Part shown: one piece after another, positions 37,338-47,089 of the stretch | How the letters are laid out: each line of letters starts with the position of its first letter | Numbering within the stretch: the first letter of the stretch is position 1 | Assembly: GCA_964291625.2 (NCBI GenBank) | Contig: OZ220089.1 | Coordinates: forward strand, 2,272,001-2,336,000 | Source of the DNA: Candidatus Latescibacterota bacterium | GTDB lineage: Bacteria > Latescibacterota > UBA2968 > UBA8231 | Reading direction: 5' to 3' | Length of the DNA: 64,000 bases | Notes under the pieces: model-generated | What the model was told of the DNA's origin: nothing | What the model saw: only the letters and a program-made list of their open reading frames with translations | Database searches by the model: none | Program-made: the position numbers and the translations under genes

Positions 37338-38900
37338 TCAGCGCGGATCGTAGCGCAGGAAACGCGCGATGGTGACCATCACCGCCAGGCCGAAGCTCAG
37401 CACCAGGATGGCGAGGCCCGGCATCATCACCCCGAAGGAGGCGCCCAGGGACCGCTGCCACGGTCCGCCGAAGCGGGGCATGTCGGTGAGGTCCAGCCCC
37501 ACCGCGCCGGCGGACCGGCTCTCTTCCCGGGCCTCCGCCCAGGCCATGCGCTCCCTCATGAACGGCGTGTCGGCGGCCAGCATCGCACCGGTCACCGACG
37601 CCGGATCGGCGATCATCGGCTCCTGGCCCTCGGGATCGTCGCTGAACCAGCGGCGGCTGGCAAACGCATCCTTGCCGCGCAGGTACTCGATCCAGGTCCG
37701 GCGGTAGTCGCGGCCCTCCTCGACGAGGTGGAAGCGGTCATCCAGGGTGGTGCGCGCCAGCAGGTAGGAGAGCACCTGGTAGTTGGTGAAGGGCGACAGG
37801 ATCGACCACTCGTCGACGACGTAGCTCATCCGCGCCAGGGGCTCCCAGTTGGCCCAGTGGTAGCGGTAGCGGCGGTCGGCCAGCTCCAGGCGCCTGTCCA
37901 TGGCGGCGGCGTTCCTCCGCTGCATCCACTCGTAGCCCACGGGATGGGCGTAACGCAGCACGCGGCCTCTCTCCAGGCCCTTGAGATAGGCGGGCGGCGG
38001 CGGGGGATTCCTCTCGTCCCACTCCTCCATCGTCCTCTCGAACTCGTTCCAGAGCTGCCGGTTCTGGTCGCGGAACTCGTCGGCGGGCGGAGCCTTCACC
38101 CCGTAGCGGCTCAGCGAGGGCAGGACGTTGATGTATCCCACGCCGCCCACCAGCCAGGCGAAGAGGCAGATGATCAGGGCCGTGTCGGTGCCGCGGACCA
38201 GGGAGGAGACCATCAGGCTCAGGGCGAAGACCTGGCCGAGGAACAGGCAGGAGAGGACGAAGAAGACGCCCAGGCGCACCCAGTCGCCGCCGGCCAGGTG
38301 CACGTCGGGGTGGGCCACCAGGATGAGCAGGGAGAGGACGAAGGCCAGGGCGAAGGGGATCCACAGGGAGATCATGCCGCCCAGCAGCTTGGCCAGGACC
38401 ACGTGGGCCCGGGGAACCGGGTTGACCAGGAGCTGCTTGAGGGTGCCCCTCTCGCGCTCCCCGCAGATGCCGTCGAAGCCGAGGACGACGGCCAGGAAGC
38501 TGAGCAGCAGGGCCACCACCGTGGCGAAGTCGATCTGCACCAGGATCCTCATGAAGTTGCTGTCGAAGCTCTCCGCCAGCTCCCAGGCCGAGACCGGCAC
38601 CTGGTCGAGGCTGATCCAGATCGACTGTCCCGCCGTGCTCACCACGCCCCGGCAGAGGATGGCCAGGGGCTGGGGCGGTACGATGACCCGCGGGCCGATC
38701 TGCGAGTAGATGGTCACCTCTTCCAGACGCTCTTCGGTCTCCCGGATCTCGCGTTCGTACACGTCCACGTTGCGGGCGTAATCCACGGTGCCGATGAAGG
38801 TGGTCAGCACCGACAGGACGACGCTGAAGATCACCGCCACGCCAAGACGCAAGGTGAGCAGGTTGGTCAGCAGCTCCTTGCGTACGAGGGTCCCGATCAT
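37338..38900 (-). CDS. ABC-2 type transporter permease subunit
   Basis: LVRKELL, DGICGERERGTLKQLLVNPVPR..LAK, C-terminal FLRYDPR. Confidence 0.87.
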   Translation of the reverse strand: MIGTLVRKELLTNLLTLRLGVAVIFSVVLSVLTTFIGTVDYARNVDVYEREIRETEERLEEVTIYSQIGPRVIVPPQPLAILCRGVVSTAGQSIWISLDQVPVSAWELAESFDSNFMRILVQIDFATVVALLLSFLAVVLGFDGICGERERGTLKQLLVNPVPRAHVVLAKLLGGMISLWIPFALAFVLSLLILVAHPDVHLAGGDWVRLGVFFVLSCLFLGQVFALSLMVSSLVRGTDTALIICLFAWLVGGVGYINVLPSLSRYGVKAPPADEFRDQNRQLWNEFERTMEEWDERNPPPPPAYLKGLERGRVLRYAHPVGYEWMQRRNAAAMDRRLELADRRYRYHWANWEPLARMSYVVDEWSILSPFTNYQVLSYLLARTTLDDRFHLVEEGRDYRRTWIEYLRGKDAFASRRWFSDDPEGQEPMIADPASVTGAMLAADTPFMRERMAWAEAREESRSAGAVGLDLTDMPRFGGPWQRSLGASFGVMMPGLAILVLSFGLAVMVTIARFLRYDPR

Positions 38901-38983
38901 GCGGCTCTTTCCGGACGGCGCGGCGCTTCCGCCCCGGGTCCGTTGCGCCGGGAAGCCTGGCTCCGGCGATCAGGGGTCATTCA

Positions 38984-41155
38984 CTACTCGATGTACAGCA
39001 GCCGCCGGCCGTGCACGGCGCCGGGGTGGATCAGCCGCGCGAGGTAGACGCCCGCCGCCACCGCCGCCCCGCTCCGGTCGCGGGCGTCCCAGTGGACCCG
39101 GTAGGCTCCGGCGGCCTGGAACTCGTCCACCAGGACGCGCACCCGCTGGCCGAGCATGTTGCAGATCTCCAGGCGCACGTGTCCCGGGGCGGCCAGGCGG
39201 TAGGGAATCCAGGTGGATGTGTTGAAGGGGTTGGGGACGTTGGGCTCGAGGCCGCTGGAGGGAGCCGCCTCTCGAGGGGCCGCCTCCCTGGCCGCACCGG
39301 GCCTGATCCTGCCCCTGAGGGCCTGCACCTCGGAGGCCGTCAGAGCCCTGTCGTATATCCAGAGGTCGTCCAGCGACCCCTGAAATGCCTGGCTCGAGTC
39401 GAACCCTCCGCCCAGCCGGTCCTGGTCCTGGCCGAGGACCAGGCCCCCGTCCTCGACCGACAGGGCCCTGTACTCGAGATGCCCGCAGAGACCGGTCTGG
39501 CCTCGGCCGTCCACGTAGAAATCGGAGTATCCCTCGGCGGCGTTGCGGACCCAGGCGACGTGATGCCAGCGCCCGTCGGCGATCGGCTCGACGTCCACGG
39601 CGCATTCGAACTGGAGCTGACCGGCTCTCCCATGAGAGAACAGGATGAACTGCTCTTCCCTCGGCAGGTAGAGGAGATGCTCGTTGTCGTTGCTCCGGTT
39701 GGCTCCGCTGAGGATGGACTGGGTGCCGGACTTGGCGGTCTTCAGCCACAAGGAGATGCTCACGTCGCGCAGGCCGTCGAGCACCTTGTGGGGCAGATCG
39801 ATGCGGTCCCTCGTCCCCCGGAAGAGCAAGGCGCCGGCCTGGTTCCCGAATCGATCCTCGCCGGCCTGCGTACCCCTCTGGATTCCGTGATGCCCGTTGC
39901 CGCTGGCATCCCGGGCATCCCCGTTCATGGGGTAGTAGGCGACCAGCGGGGTCGTCCGCTCTGCGGAAGGCTCCTCCGCTTCCATGTCGAAGAGCGCCCG
40001 GACCTCGGCCGAGGAGAGCACCTTGTCGTATATCCTCAGGTCGTCCAGGGTCCCGTCCAGGACCTGGTTGGGGTCGAAGTCGCCGCCCAGCCGGTCCTGC
40101 TCCTGGCCGAGGATCAGCCCGCCCTCGTCGACCGTCAGCGCTCCGTACTCGAGGTTGCCGCAGCGATCGGTCCGGCCGGCGCCGTCCACGTAGAAGGCGG
40201 CGTTCCCCTCGGCGGCGTTGCGGATCACGACGATGTGATGCCACCGCCCGTCGGCGATCGGCGGGATGCCTACTACGCAGTTCCTGCTCTGGTGACTGTG
40301 CCTCCCGTGCGAGAGGAAATGGATGGTCCTCTGGTCCCACAGGTAGACGATATGCTCGTTGTCGTTGCTCCGGTTGGCGGCGCTCAGGACGGCCTGACTG
40401 CCGGGCTTGGTGGTCTTGAGCCAGAAGGAGATGCTCACGTCCCGCAGGCCGTCCAGCACCTCGTGGGGCAGATCGATGCGGTCCTGCGTCCCCTGGAAGA
40501 ACAGCGCCCCGGACTCGTTGCCGAAGCGGTCCTCCCCGGGCTCAACGCCCGACGGGGTGCCGTGATAGGCGTTGCCGCTCGCGTCCCTGGCGTCTCCGTC
40601 GAGCCGGTAGTGGGCTACCAGCCCTGCCTCCGGCGCCGGCAGGCGGCGCACCCCGCCCGAGCCCAGTGCAAGTTCCAGCCCCTGGCGGCGCCCGCGGTCG
40701 ACGGGGATGCGGCGCCACTGGCCAACCACCTCGCCGTAGAGGTTGACGGCCCTCGCCTGGTAGTCACCGCTGACCAGGGACTGGTCGGTGGCGGGGATGG
40801 TGAGCACCAGCCGGCCGGAGATGTCGGTGACCCCGCTCCAGGTGTAGTCGGGCCGGCGCCCCTGGATCGATCGCGCGAACTCGACGACCAGGCCCCAGGC
40901 TTCGCCGCCCTGGAGGGTTGCCTCGATCACCGTGGATCCCTCGTCGGCCATCGACTCCGTCCATGCCGGACCGGTGACCAGCAAGGCGGCCACCAGAGAG
41001 AGCCGGATTCCTGGCCCGCCTGCTGGTTGCGCCCGGGTCGGCGAAGCATCCCCGGCAGGGGATCGCGCACGGGCCAGCCCTGCGGCATGCAGAACCCGCC
41101 AGCCCCCCTCGCACGAGGCCTCCCCGCAAGGCGTCCTGGCCTGGCACTCATGCAT
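38984..41155 (-). CDS. secreted protein with two pentraxin/LamG domains and FlgD-Ig/T9SS-type C-terminal domain
   Basis: Two ~225-aa LamG repeats (DGRWHH, LGQEQD/LGQDQD, LDDLxIYDxxL); NVPNPFN..WDARD..VAAGVY CTD; start uncertain. Confidence 0.8.
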   Translation of the reverse strand: MHECQARTPCGEASCEGGWRVLHAAGLARARSPAGDASPTRAQPAGGPGIRLSLVAALLVTGPAWTESMADEGSTVIEATLQGGEAWGLVVEFARSIQGRRPDYTWSGVTDISGRLVLTIPATDQSLVSGDYQARAVNLYGEVVGQWRRIPVDRGRRQGLELALGSGGVRRLPAPEAGLVAHYRLDGDARDASGNAYHGTPSGVEPGEDRFGNESGALFFQGTQDRIDLPHEVLDGLRDVSISFWLKTTKPGSQAVLSAANRSNDNEHIVYLWDQRTIHFLSHGRHSHQSRNCVVGIPPIADGRWHHIVVIRNAAEGNAAFYVDGAGRTDRCGNLEYGALTVDEGGLILGQEQDRLGGDFDPNQVLDGTLDDLRIYDKVLSSAEVRALFDMEAEEPSAERTTPLVAYYPMNGDARDASGNGHHGIQRGTQAGEDRFGNQAGALLFRGTRDRIDLPHKVLDGLRDVSISLWLKTAKSGTQSILSGANRSNDNEHLLYLPREEQFILFSHGRAGQLQFECAVDVEPIADGRWHHVAWVRNAAEGYSDFYVDGRGQTGLCGHLEYRALSVEDGGLVLGQDQDRLGGGFDSSQAFQGSLDDLWIYDRALTASEVQALRGRIRPGAAREAAPREAAPSSGLEPNVPNPFNTSTWIPYRLAAPGHVRLEICNMLGQRVRVLVDEFQAAGAYRVHWDARDRSGAAVAAGVYLARLIHPGAVHGRRLLYIE
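39315..40621 (-). repeat. intragenic tandem duplication of pentraxin/LamG domain (675-bp period)
   Basis: Long identical stretches recur at 675-bp offset (e.g. tcgtatatcc at 39351 and 40026). Confidence 0.85.
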
Positions 41156-41184
41156 CGTCGGATGCCCTGGTTCCTTGCTGCGAG

Positions 41185-41829
41185 TCAACTCGACCCCGCC
41201 CACCTCACGCCCTGGATCATGAGCCGCTGCATGGCGGGGCGGCGGAAGGTGTCGGCCGTGTGGCCCAGGGTGGTGTAGAACACGCGGCCCTCCTCGTAGG
41301 ACCGGACCCAGGCCATGGGATGCTGCTTGCCGCTCCACTCGGCGGTGGCCAGGATCCGCAGGCCGGGGTCCCAGGCGGACATGTAGATCTCGTCCTCCAC
41401 CTCGAAGTCGGAGAGGCCCCGGGTCACGGGATGGGACGAGTCCTCGATGTTCACCGTGAAGGTCAGTCCCGGCGGGTGCCAGTTGGCGTGGCCTCCGAGG
41501 AGGGTGACGGCGCGGGCGTCCACCCACCAGGCGGTGCCGTGGACGCCGGCCAGGCCCCTGCCGCCGGCGACGTAGTCGAAGAGCCCGTCCTCCTGGTCCG
41601 GTGTGAGGTCGCGCTCGCGGACGACCTCGCCGTCCGGGCCTACGACGGCGCGGGTGAACCCGGTTCCGAAGAGAAGGACATCGAACTCGCGCAGGGACGG
41701 GGAGGTGAGGACGTCCTTGTCGCTGTCGAGTCGAACCTCCAGGTCATCGGCCGAATCGAGAAACCCGTGGATCACCGCGGCGCTCTTGTCGAAGCCGTGG
41801 TTCTCGCCTGACAGAATGAGAACTCGCAT
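41185..41829 (-). CDS. ThuA-like domain protein
   Basis: GGRGLAGVH, LLGGH..HPP, HPVTRGLSDFEVEDEIY, GRVFYTTLGH. Confidence 0.88.
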   Translation of the reverse strand: MRVLILSGENHGFDKSAAVIHGFLDSADDLEVRLDSDKDVLTSPSLREFDVLLFGTGFTRAVVGPDGEVVRERDLTPDQEDGLFDYVAGGRGLAGVHGTAWWVDARAVTLLGGHANWHPPGLTFTVNIEDSSHPVTRGLSDFEVEDEIYMSAWDPGLRILATAEWSGKQHPMAWVRSYEEGRVFYTTLGHTADTFRRPAMQRLMIQGVRWAGSS

Positions 41830-41905
41830 CTTCTCTCTCCTTTGACCGGGCCGTCGCCCGGAACCTAAAATCCGCGCCCGACAATCGCCAGAAGGAATTG
41901 TCTTC

Positions 41906-43369
41906 ATGTCCAACGACCCGCCAGCCCCACTCCCGCGGGAGCAGGCCGACCAGTTCGCCGACCTGGCCTGCCTGGCCTACTTCGGCGTCGATCACGTCAG
42001 CCGCCGCGAGCAGGCGGCGCGGATCCTCGCCGAGACACCGGAGATCACCGCCGCCAGCTGCCATGCCGCGGCCGCCGCCTTCGACGTGAAGGCCCTGAGG
42101 GAGCACCTGTCGGCGGACAGTTCCGCCGCCGGCGCCGCCGGCGGTCCCCGGAACTGGCCGCCCCTGCTCTACGTCTGCTACAGCCGGATACCGGAGGACC
42201 CCCCGGAGCGCGACGCCGTGGCTGCCCTCGAGGTGCTGCTCGCCGCAGGCGCCGACGGCACCGCCTTCCTGGTCTCCAGGGAGCTGGGCGGCTGGCGCTG
42301 GTCGGGACTCACCGGGGCCATGGGCGAAGGCGAGGAGGGCCTCCTGCAGCAGCCGCCCCACGCGAGGGCCCGCGAGCTGGTCGAGATCCTGCTCGGCGCC
42401 GGCGCCGACCCGAACGATTCCCAGGGTCTCTACAACACCATGTTCACGCCGGATGACGAGTGGCTGGAGCTGCTGCTGGCGCACGGGCTGAAGGCCTCGG
42501 ACGTGGTCGACCCCGACGGGGACCCGCCGATCCGGACCCTCGACTACCAGCTCTGCCAGGCGGTGAAGATGGGCATGGCGCAACGGGTGTCGCTGCTGCT
42601 CGACCACGGCGCCGACGTCCATGCGGCCGACATCTACAACGGCCGCTCGAACTACGCCAACGCCCTGCTCCGCGGCCATCCGGAGATCGCGGCCCTGCTG
42701 GTCGAGCGCGGCGCCGAGATCCGGGAGCTGTCCCTCGAGGACCGGTTCGCCGCCGCCGTGATGGGCGGCGACGAGAACGCCGCCCGACAGCTGCTGGAGG
42801 CCGAGCCCGGCCTGATCGAGAACCCGGAGCTGCTGCAGGAAGCGGTCGACAAACCGGATACGACCCGGCTGCTGCTGGAGCTGGGCGCCGATCCGAACGC
42901 GCCCAACGAGAAGGGCCGCGTCCCCCTCCATTGGGCGGCCTGGGCCAACAACACCGAGGTCGTCGGGCTCCTTCTGGCCCGCGGCGGCAACTGCGAGATC
43001 CGCGAACACGAGCACAACGCCACGCCGGTGGGATTCGCCAACCACGCCGGCCACTTCGAGTTGCGGGATCTGCTGCTCGATCACAGCCGCAACGCATTCG
43101 ACCTGGCAGCCTTCGGCCGGACGGAGCAGCTGGCCGAAGTCCTGGCGACCGACCCGGAGCAGGCCAAGGCTCGCGGCGCTGGCGGACACACCCTCTTCCA
43201 CGCCGTCCCGGCAGGCTCCTCCTGCGAGCAGATGCTCGACCTCCTCGCCGCCCACGGCGCCGACATCGACGCCGCCGCCAACGACGGCGCCACGCCCCTC
43301 TCCGCCGCCGTCGAGCGAGGAGACGAGCAGCTCGCGGCGATGCTGCGGGCTCGCGGCGCCCGCGAGTGA
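41906..43369 (+). CDS. ankyrin repeat protein
   Basis: Repeated LLxxGAD(P/V) units, PLHWAA, TPVGFA, TPLSAA. Confidence 0.88.
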   Translation: MSNDPPAPLPREQADQFADLACLAYFGVDHVSRREQAARILAETPEITAASCHAAAAAFDVKALREHLSADSSAAGAAGGPRNWPPLLYVCYSRIPEDPPERDAVAALEVLLAAGADGTAFLVSRELGGWRWSGLTGAMGEGEEGLLQQPPHARARELVEILLGAGADPNDSQGLYNTMFTPDDEWLELLLAHGLKASDVVDPDGDPPIRTLDYQLCQAVKMGMAQRVSLLLDHGADVHAADIYNGRSNYANALLRGHPEIAALLVERGAEIRELSLEDRFAAAVMGGDENAARQLLEAEPGLIENPELLQEAVDKPDTTRLLLELGADPNAPNEKGRVPLHWAAWANNTEVVGLLLARGGNCEIREHEHNATPVGFANHAGHFELRDLLLDHSRNAFDLAAFGRTEQLAEVLATDPEQAKARGAGGHTLFHAVPAGSSCEQMLDLLAAHGADIDAAANDGATPLSAAVERGDEQLAAMLRARGARE

Positions 43370-43415
43370 GCCCTCATTCGGCCGGCCGACACGGCGGCCC
43401 ATCCGGAGAACCGAC

Positions 43416-44291
43416 ATGGCCAAGCGCGACGTGAATTACGATGCCGCCGAAGAGATCGGATTCATGAACATCGACGAGACCGACTACGCGTCGATGACCC
43501 TGGGCGAGAAGATGCGCCACCTCGAGGTCGAGGGGTACGTGGTCCTCCCGGACGCGCTCGACGCCGCCCACATGGACCGGATCAACGCAGAGATGGCGGA
43601 CGCGCCCATGGGGACCAAGGACTACAGCGACTGCCAGACCTTCCACAAGGAGCCCCAGTGGCACAGCCCGGCGTTGGCGGAGGTGATCGCCAATCCCCCG
43701 GTTGTCGAGTTCCTCGAGGCCCTCTGCGGGGAGGAGATCGTCTTCACCCGCGGGCTCTTCACCCGCACCCTGGCCGGTTCGCCCCCCATCTCGCTGCACA
43801 CCGACGGCCAGCCCTTCGGCTCCTCGATCTTCGGGTACGAGGGCAGCTCCCCCCGGCTGCTGCGCGTCCTCTACTATCTCGACGACCTCACCCCGGACCG
43901 GGCGCCCCTGCGCGTCCTGCCGCGCTCCCATCTCTCCTTCCACGCCGACGCCAACCCGTACGTCCGCTACACGTCGCACCCGGGCGAGGTGACCATCTGC
44001 GCGAAAGCCGGGACCGCCGTCGTCTTCCCCGTCAACATCTTCCACGGCACCCACCCCAACCGGGACGACTCGCTGCGCACGCTGATCCAACTGGGCTACC
44101 GCCCCGCCTGGGCCGGTCCCATCCAGCCGATGGAGGAGTGGGATCCCGAGCTGGTGGCGGCGGCGCCGGCCGTGGCGCGACGCTTCCTGCAGAGCCTCAA
44201 CACATCCGGCGTCGACTGGGAGCAGCCCCACAAGCCGCTGGGCATGAAGTCGGACGCGCCGGCCATCGCTCCCGAGCGCTGGGACCGCTGA
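43416..44291 (+). CDS. PhyH family Fe(II)/2OG dioxygenase
   Basis: EGYVV, LHTDG, LYYLDD, LPRSH, FHGTHPN..R. Confidence 0.88.
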   Translation: MAKRDVNYDAAEEIGFMNIDETDYASMTLGEKMRHLEVEGYVVLPDALDAAHMDRINAEMADAPMGTKDYSDCQTFHKEPQWHSPALAEVIANPPVVEFLEALCGEEIVFTRGLFTRTLAGSPPISLHTDGQPFGSSIFGYEGSSPRLLRVLYYLDDLTPDRAPLRVLPRSHLSFHADANPYVRYTSHPGEVTICAKAGTAVVFPVNIFHGTHPNRDDSLRTLIQLGYRPAWAGPIQPMEEWDPELVAAAPAVARRFLQSLNTSGVDWEQPHKPLGMKSDAPAIAPERWDR

Positions 44292-44350
44292 GCCGTCGGC
44301 ACGGCCGCCCTCTCGAGCTGAACGGACCCTGAAGCGACCCGCCGGCGCCG

Positions 44351-45322
44351 ATGCTCCGAGTGGCCCTCATCGGTTGCGGCGCCAAGGCCGGCCCCTACCT
44401 CACGGCGGCGCGGCACCTCCCCGGCGTGGAGATCGCGGCCGTCGTAGACCCGGACTCCGATCGGGTGGCCCGGGCGGCCCTCCCGGCAGGTGTCCAGCTC
44501 CAGGCCGCCTCCCTCGACGAGCTGCTCGACGCCGCCGCCGAAGCCTTCGACGCCGTCATCGTCACCACCCCTGCCTCGACACGGGCTTCCCTGATCGAGC
44601 AGGCGGCCGAAGCCGGGAAGCACGTCCTCGTCGAGCCTCCCCTGGCGGGGACCGCCAGCGAGGCGGAACACGCCGCCGCCTGCGCACGCGCCTCCGGAGT
44701 GCGGCTCATGCCCGCCCACGGGGACCGCTTCCGGGCCGACTCCCGCACCGTCAGGGCCAGCCTCGACCAGGGTGAGCTGGGGCGGCCGGGGCTGCTTCGC
44801 ATCCACGATTGGTCCCCGGCCGCTGAGGGCGGCCACAGCGATCCCGCTGGCCTGGCCGCCCTGGACCTGGCCCTCTGGATGTTCGACGGCCCGCCCATCT
44901 GCGTCTACGCCGGGGGGCGGCCTCCCCGGGCGGGTCTCGGAGAAGCGGAGTACCTCCAGGTCCACCTCGGCTTCGAGGGGGGCGGCATGGCCCTCATCGA
45001 CGTGGCCCGCTGTCTGCCGGCCGGCGACGGGTACCGTTCCCTCGCCCTGATCGGCTCCCTCGGAGCCGCCCACTCCGACGACCACCACAACGTGCAACTG
45101 CTCTACGGCGGAGGACGGGCGCAGGCGGTGCTCACCGAAGCCGATGAATCCGTGCCGGCCCTGGTGCTGTCGGAATTCGCCGCGGCCGTCGGCGGGGGGC
45201 GGGAACCCGCCGTGAGCGGCGAGGACGGTGCGGCGGTGCTCAGGGTCGCCGAGGCGGCGGCCTCCTCTTGGGCCGCCGACGCGGCCTTCCGGATGTGGGG
45301 AGGGCGGTATGAGCGCGCCTGA
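44351..45322 (+). CDS. Gfo/Idh/MocA family oxidoreductase
   Basis: LRVALIGCG, AGKHVLVEPP (EKP variant), GELGRPG. Confidence 0.85.
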   Translation: MLRVALIGCGAKAGPYLTAARHLPGVEIAAVVDPDSDRVARAALPAGVQLQAASLDELLDAAAEAFDAVIVTTPASTRASLIEQAAEAGKHVLVEPPLAGTASEAEHAAACARASGVRLMPAHGDRFRADSRTVRASLDQGELGRPGLLRIHDWSPAAEGGHSDPAGLAALDLALWMFDGPPICVYAGGRPPRAGLGEAEYLQVHLGFEGGGMALIDVARCLPAGDGYRSLALIGSLGAAHSDDHHNVQLLYGGGRAQAVLTEADESVPALVLSEFAAAVGGGREPAVSGEDGAAVLRVAEAAASSWAADAAFRMWGGRYERA

Positions 45323-46364
45323 GGTGCTGCCCGTACTGGTCCTGGGCGGGGTGAAGCACCTGTACATCGTGCAGGGGGTGGCGGCCCATCCCCGCTTCGA
45401 GCTGGTGGCCCTGGCCGACGAGGAAGAGGCGCCGGACTGGGTGCACGAACGCAACGAGACCGCGGCCTCCGCCTTCGGCTGCCCGTACGTGCGCGGGGTG
45501 TCCGCGGCCCTGGATCGGTACCGGCCCCGCGTCGCCTGCGTCACCCCCGAGACCGGACGCCATGCGCGGCTGAGCGCGATCGCCGCCGAGGCCGGCCTGC
45601 ACATCGTCCAGGACAAGCCGATGGCGCTGACCCTGGCCGAGTGCGACCGCATCGTCGCGGCCGTGGAAGAGGCCGGCGTGCGGTTCCTCATGTGGAACCG
45701 CAACACCTTCCCCTCCATCCTGCAGGCGCGGGAGGTCCTCGCCGGCGGCGGCCTCGGCGATCCGCTCGCCATGCACGTGGACTTCTTCTTCGCCAAGGAC
45801 GCCGGCCCGCTCGTCGGCTCCGGAGAGCCGGAGGAGATCCCCGCCGGCCACGAAGTCCTGGGGGAGCTGACCGTCGAGGGGATCTACCCCCTGGCCTACT
45901 TCCACGCGCTCCTAGGCGTCCCCGTGCGGCGCGTCTTCGCCCGGACGACCGCCCACTTCTTCCAGCGCCACGCCGACCGCGGCGTGGAGGACCTGGCTTC
46001 GGTCACGCTCGAGATGGAGGACGGGACCCCTGGCTCCCTGTGCATCGGCCGCATCGGGGAGCCTTCCCACCCCAACATCGGCGAGTTGCGGCTCCATATC
46101 CTCGGGACCCGGGGGGCCTTCGTCACCGCCGAGCCGCGGCCCGAGGTCTCGGTCCATGCCAGGTCCCTGAAGCCGGAGGACCACCGCCAGCGGCGCGTCG
46201 GCGTCGACTACGAGCGGCGCCTGCTGGACGACTTCGCCCGGGCCATCGACTCGGGGACCGACACCCTGTTGGGCGCGCGGGACAGCCGGGCGATCGCCGC
46301 CACGGTGTTTGCTGCGGTGGAGTCGGGGCGGACCGGGCGGGTCGTGGACGTGGGGAAGGGTTGA
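45309..46364 (+). CDS. Gfo/Idh/MocA family oxidoreductase
   Basis: AGLHIVQDKPMA, GELTVEGIY, VEDLAS, AVESGRTG. Confidence 0.85.
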   Translation: MSAPEVLPVLVLGGVKHLYIVQGVAAHPRFELVALADEEEAPDWVHERNETAASAFGCPYVRGVSAALDRYRPRVACVTPETGRHARLSAIAAEAGLHIVQDKPMALTLAECDRIVAAVEEAGVRFLMWNRNTFPSILQAREVLAGGGLGDPLAMHVDFFFAKDAGPLVGSGEPEEIPAGHEVLGELTVEGIYPLAYFHALLGVPVRRVFARTTAHFFQRHADRGVEDLASVTLEMEDGTPGSLCIGRIGEPSHPNIGELRLHILGTRGAFVTAEPRPEVSVHARSLKPEDHRQRRVGVDYERRLLDDFARAIDSGTDTLLGARDSRAIAATVFAAVESGRTGRVVDVGKG

Positions 46365-46373
46365 CTGCAAAGG

Positions 46374-46407
46374 GTATGTGTATTACGTATACACATACGC
46401 ATAGAAT
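46374..46407 (+). promoter_or_regulatory. vapBC operator inverted repeat and -10 box
   Basis: Perfect 10-bp IR gtatgtgtat-N5-atacacatac (46374-46398) followed by TAGAAT (46402-46407). Confidence 0.65.
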
Positions 46408-46418
46408 AGGCGGAGACA

Positions 46419-46694
46419 ATGGCAAGGGTTCAGCTCGTGATGCCCGACGAGGATCGGGACCGCTTCGTCCATCAGGCGCGGACGGAAGGCATGACTCTGA
46501 GCGCATGGCTCAGGAGCGCTGCCCGCCGGCGTCTGGAGGAGCAGCAGCAATCCCGCACCTTCGAGTCTCCGGACGATCTCGAGAGATTCTTCCGCGCCTG
46601 CGACGCGCTGGAAGGCCCCGGGGTGGAACCGGACTGGGAGGAGCACCTCACCGTCATCGACGAATCGAGAAAGCGGGGCTCCTCCAGCACGTGA
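46419..46694 (+). CDS. vapB: antitoxin (VapB-like RHH)
   Basis: RVQLVMPD..ARTEGMTLSAWLR; overlaps downstream PIN gene. Confidence 0.82.
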   Translation: MARVQLVMPDEDRDRFVHQARTEGMTLSAWLRSAARRRLEEQQQSRTFESPDDLERFFRACDALEGPGVEPDWEEHLTVIDESRKRGSSST

Positions 46695-47089
46695 TCTTCG
46701 TCGATACCAACATCTTCATGTACGCCGTAGGCCGGGCGCATCCGCTCCGCGATCCGGCGCGGGGGTTCTTCGCCGACTGCATCCGCTCCCGAACGCCCTT
46801 GTGCACCTCGGCCGAGGTGCTGCAGGAGCTGGCCCACGCCTACCTGCCCGTCGGGCGGAAGCAGACCCTCGACGCCGCCCTGTCGCTGGTCACCAGGTCC
46901 CGCGTGGAAGTGTGGCCTCTGGAACAGGAGGATGTCGTCCTGGCGCGCCAGCTCCACGAGCAGCATCCGGCCCTGGGCGCCCGGGACCTCTGCCACCTGG
47001 CCAGCTGCAGGCGCCGCGGAGTCAGGGAGGTTCGGACTTTCGATCAGGGACTGGCCGCCGCCGCCGGAGGGGCTGGACCGAACCCCTGA
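46691..47089 (+). CDS. vapC: VapC PIN-domain toxin
   Basis: IFVDTNIFMYAVG, SAEVLQE, ARDLCHLA, TFD; GTGA overlap. Confidence 0.9.
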   Translation: MIFVDTNIFMYAVGRAHPLRDPARGFFADCIRSRTPLCTSAEVLQELAHAYLPVGRKQTLDAALSLVTRSRVEVWPLEQEDVVLARQLHEQHPALGARDLCHLASCRRRGVREVRTFDQGLAAAAGGAGPNP

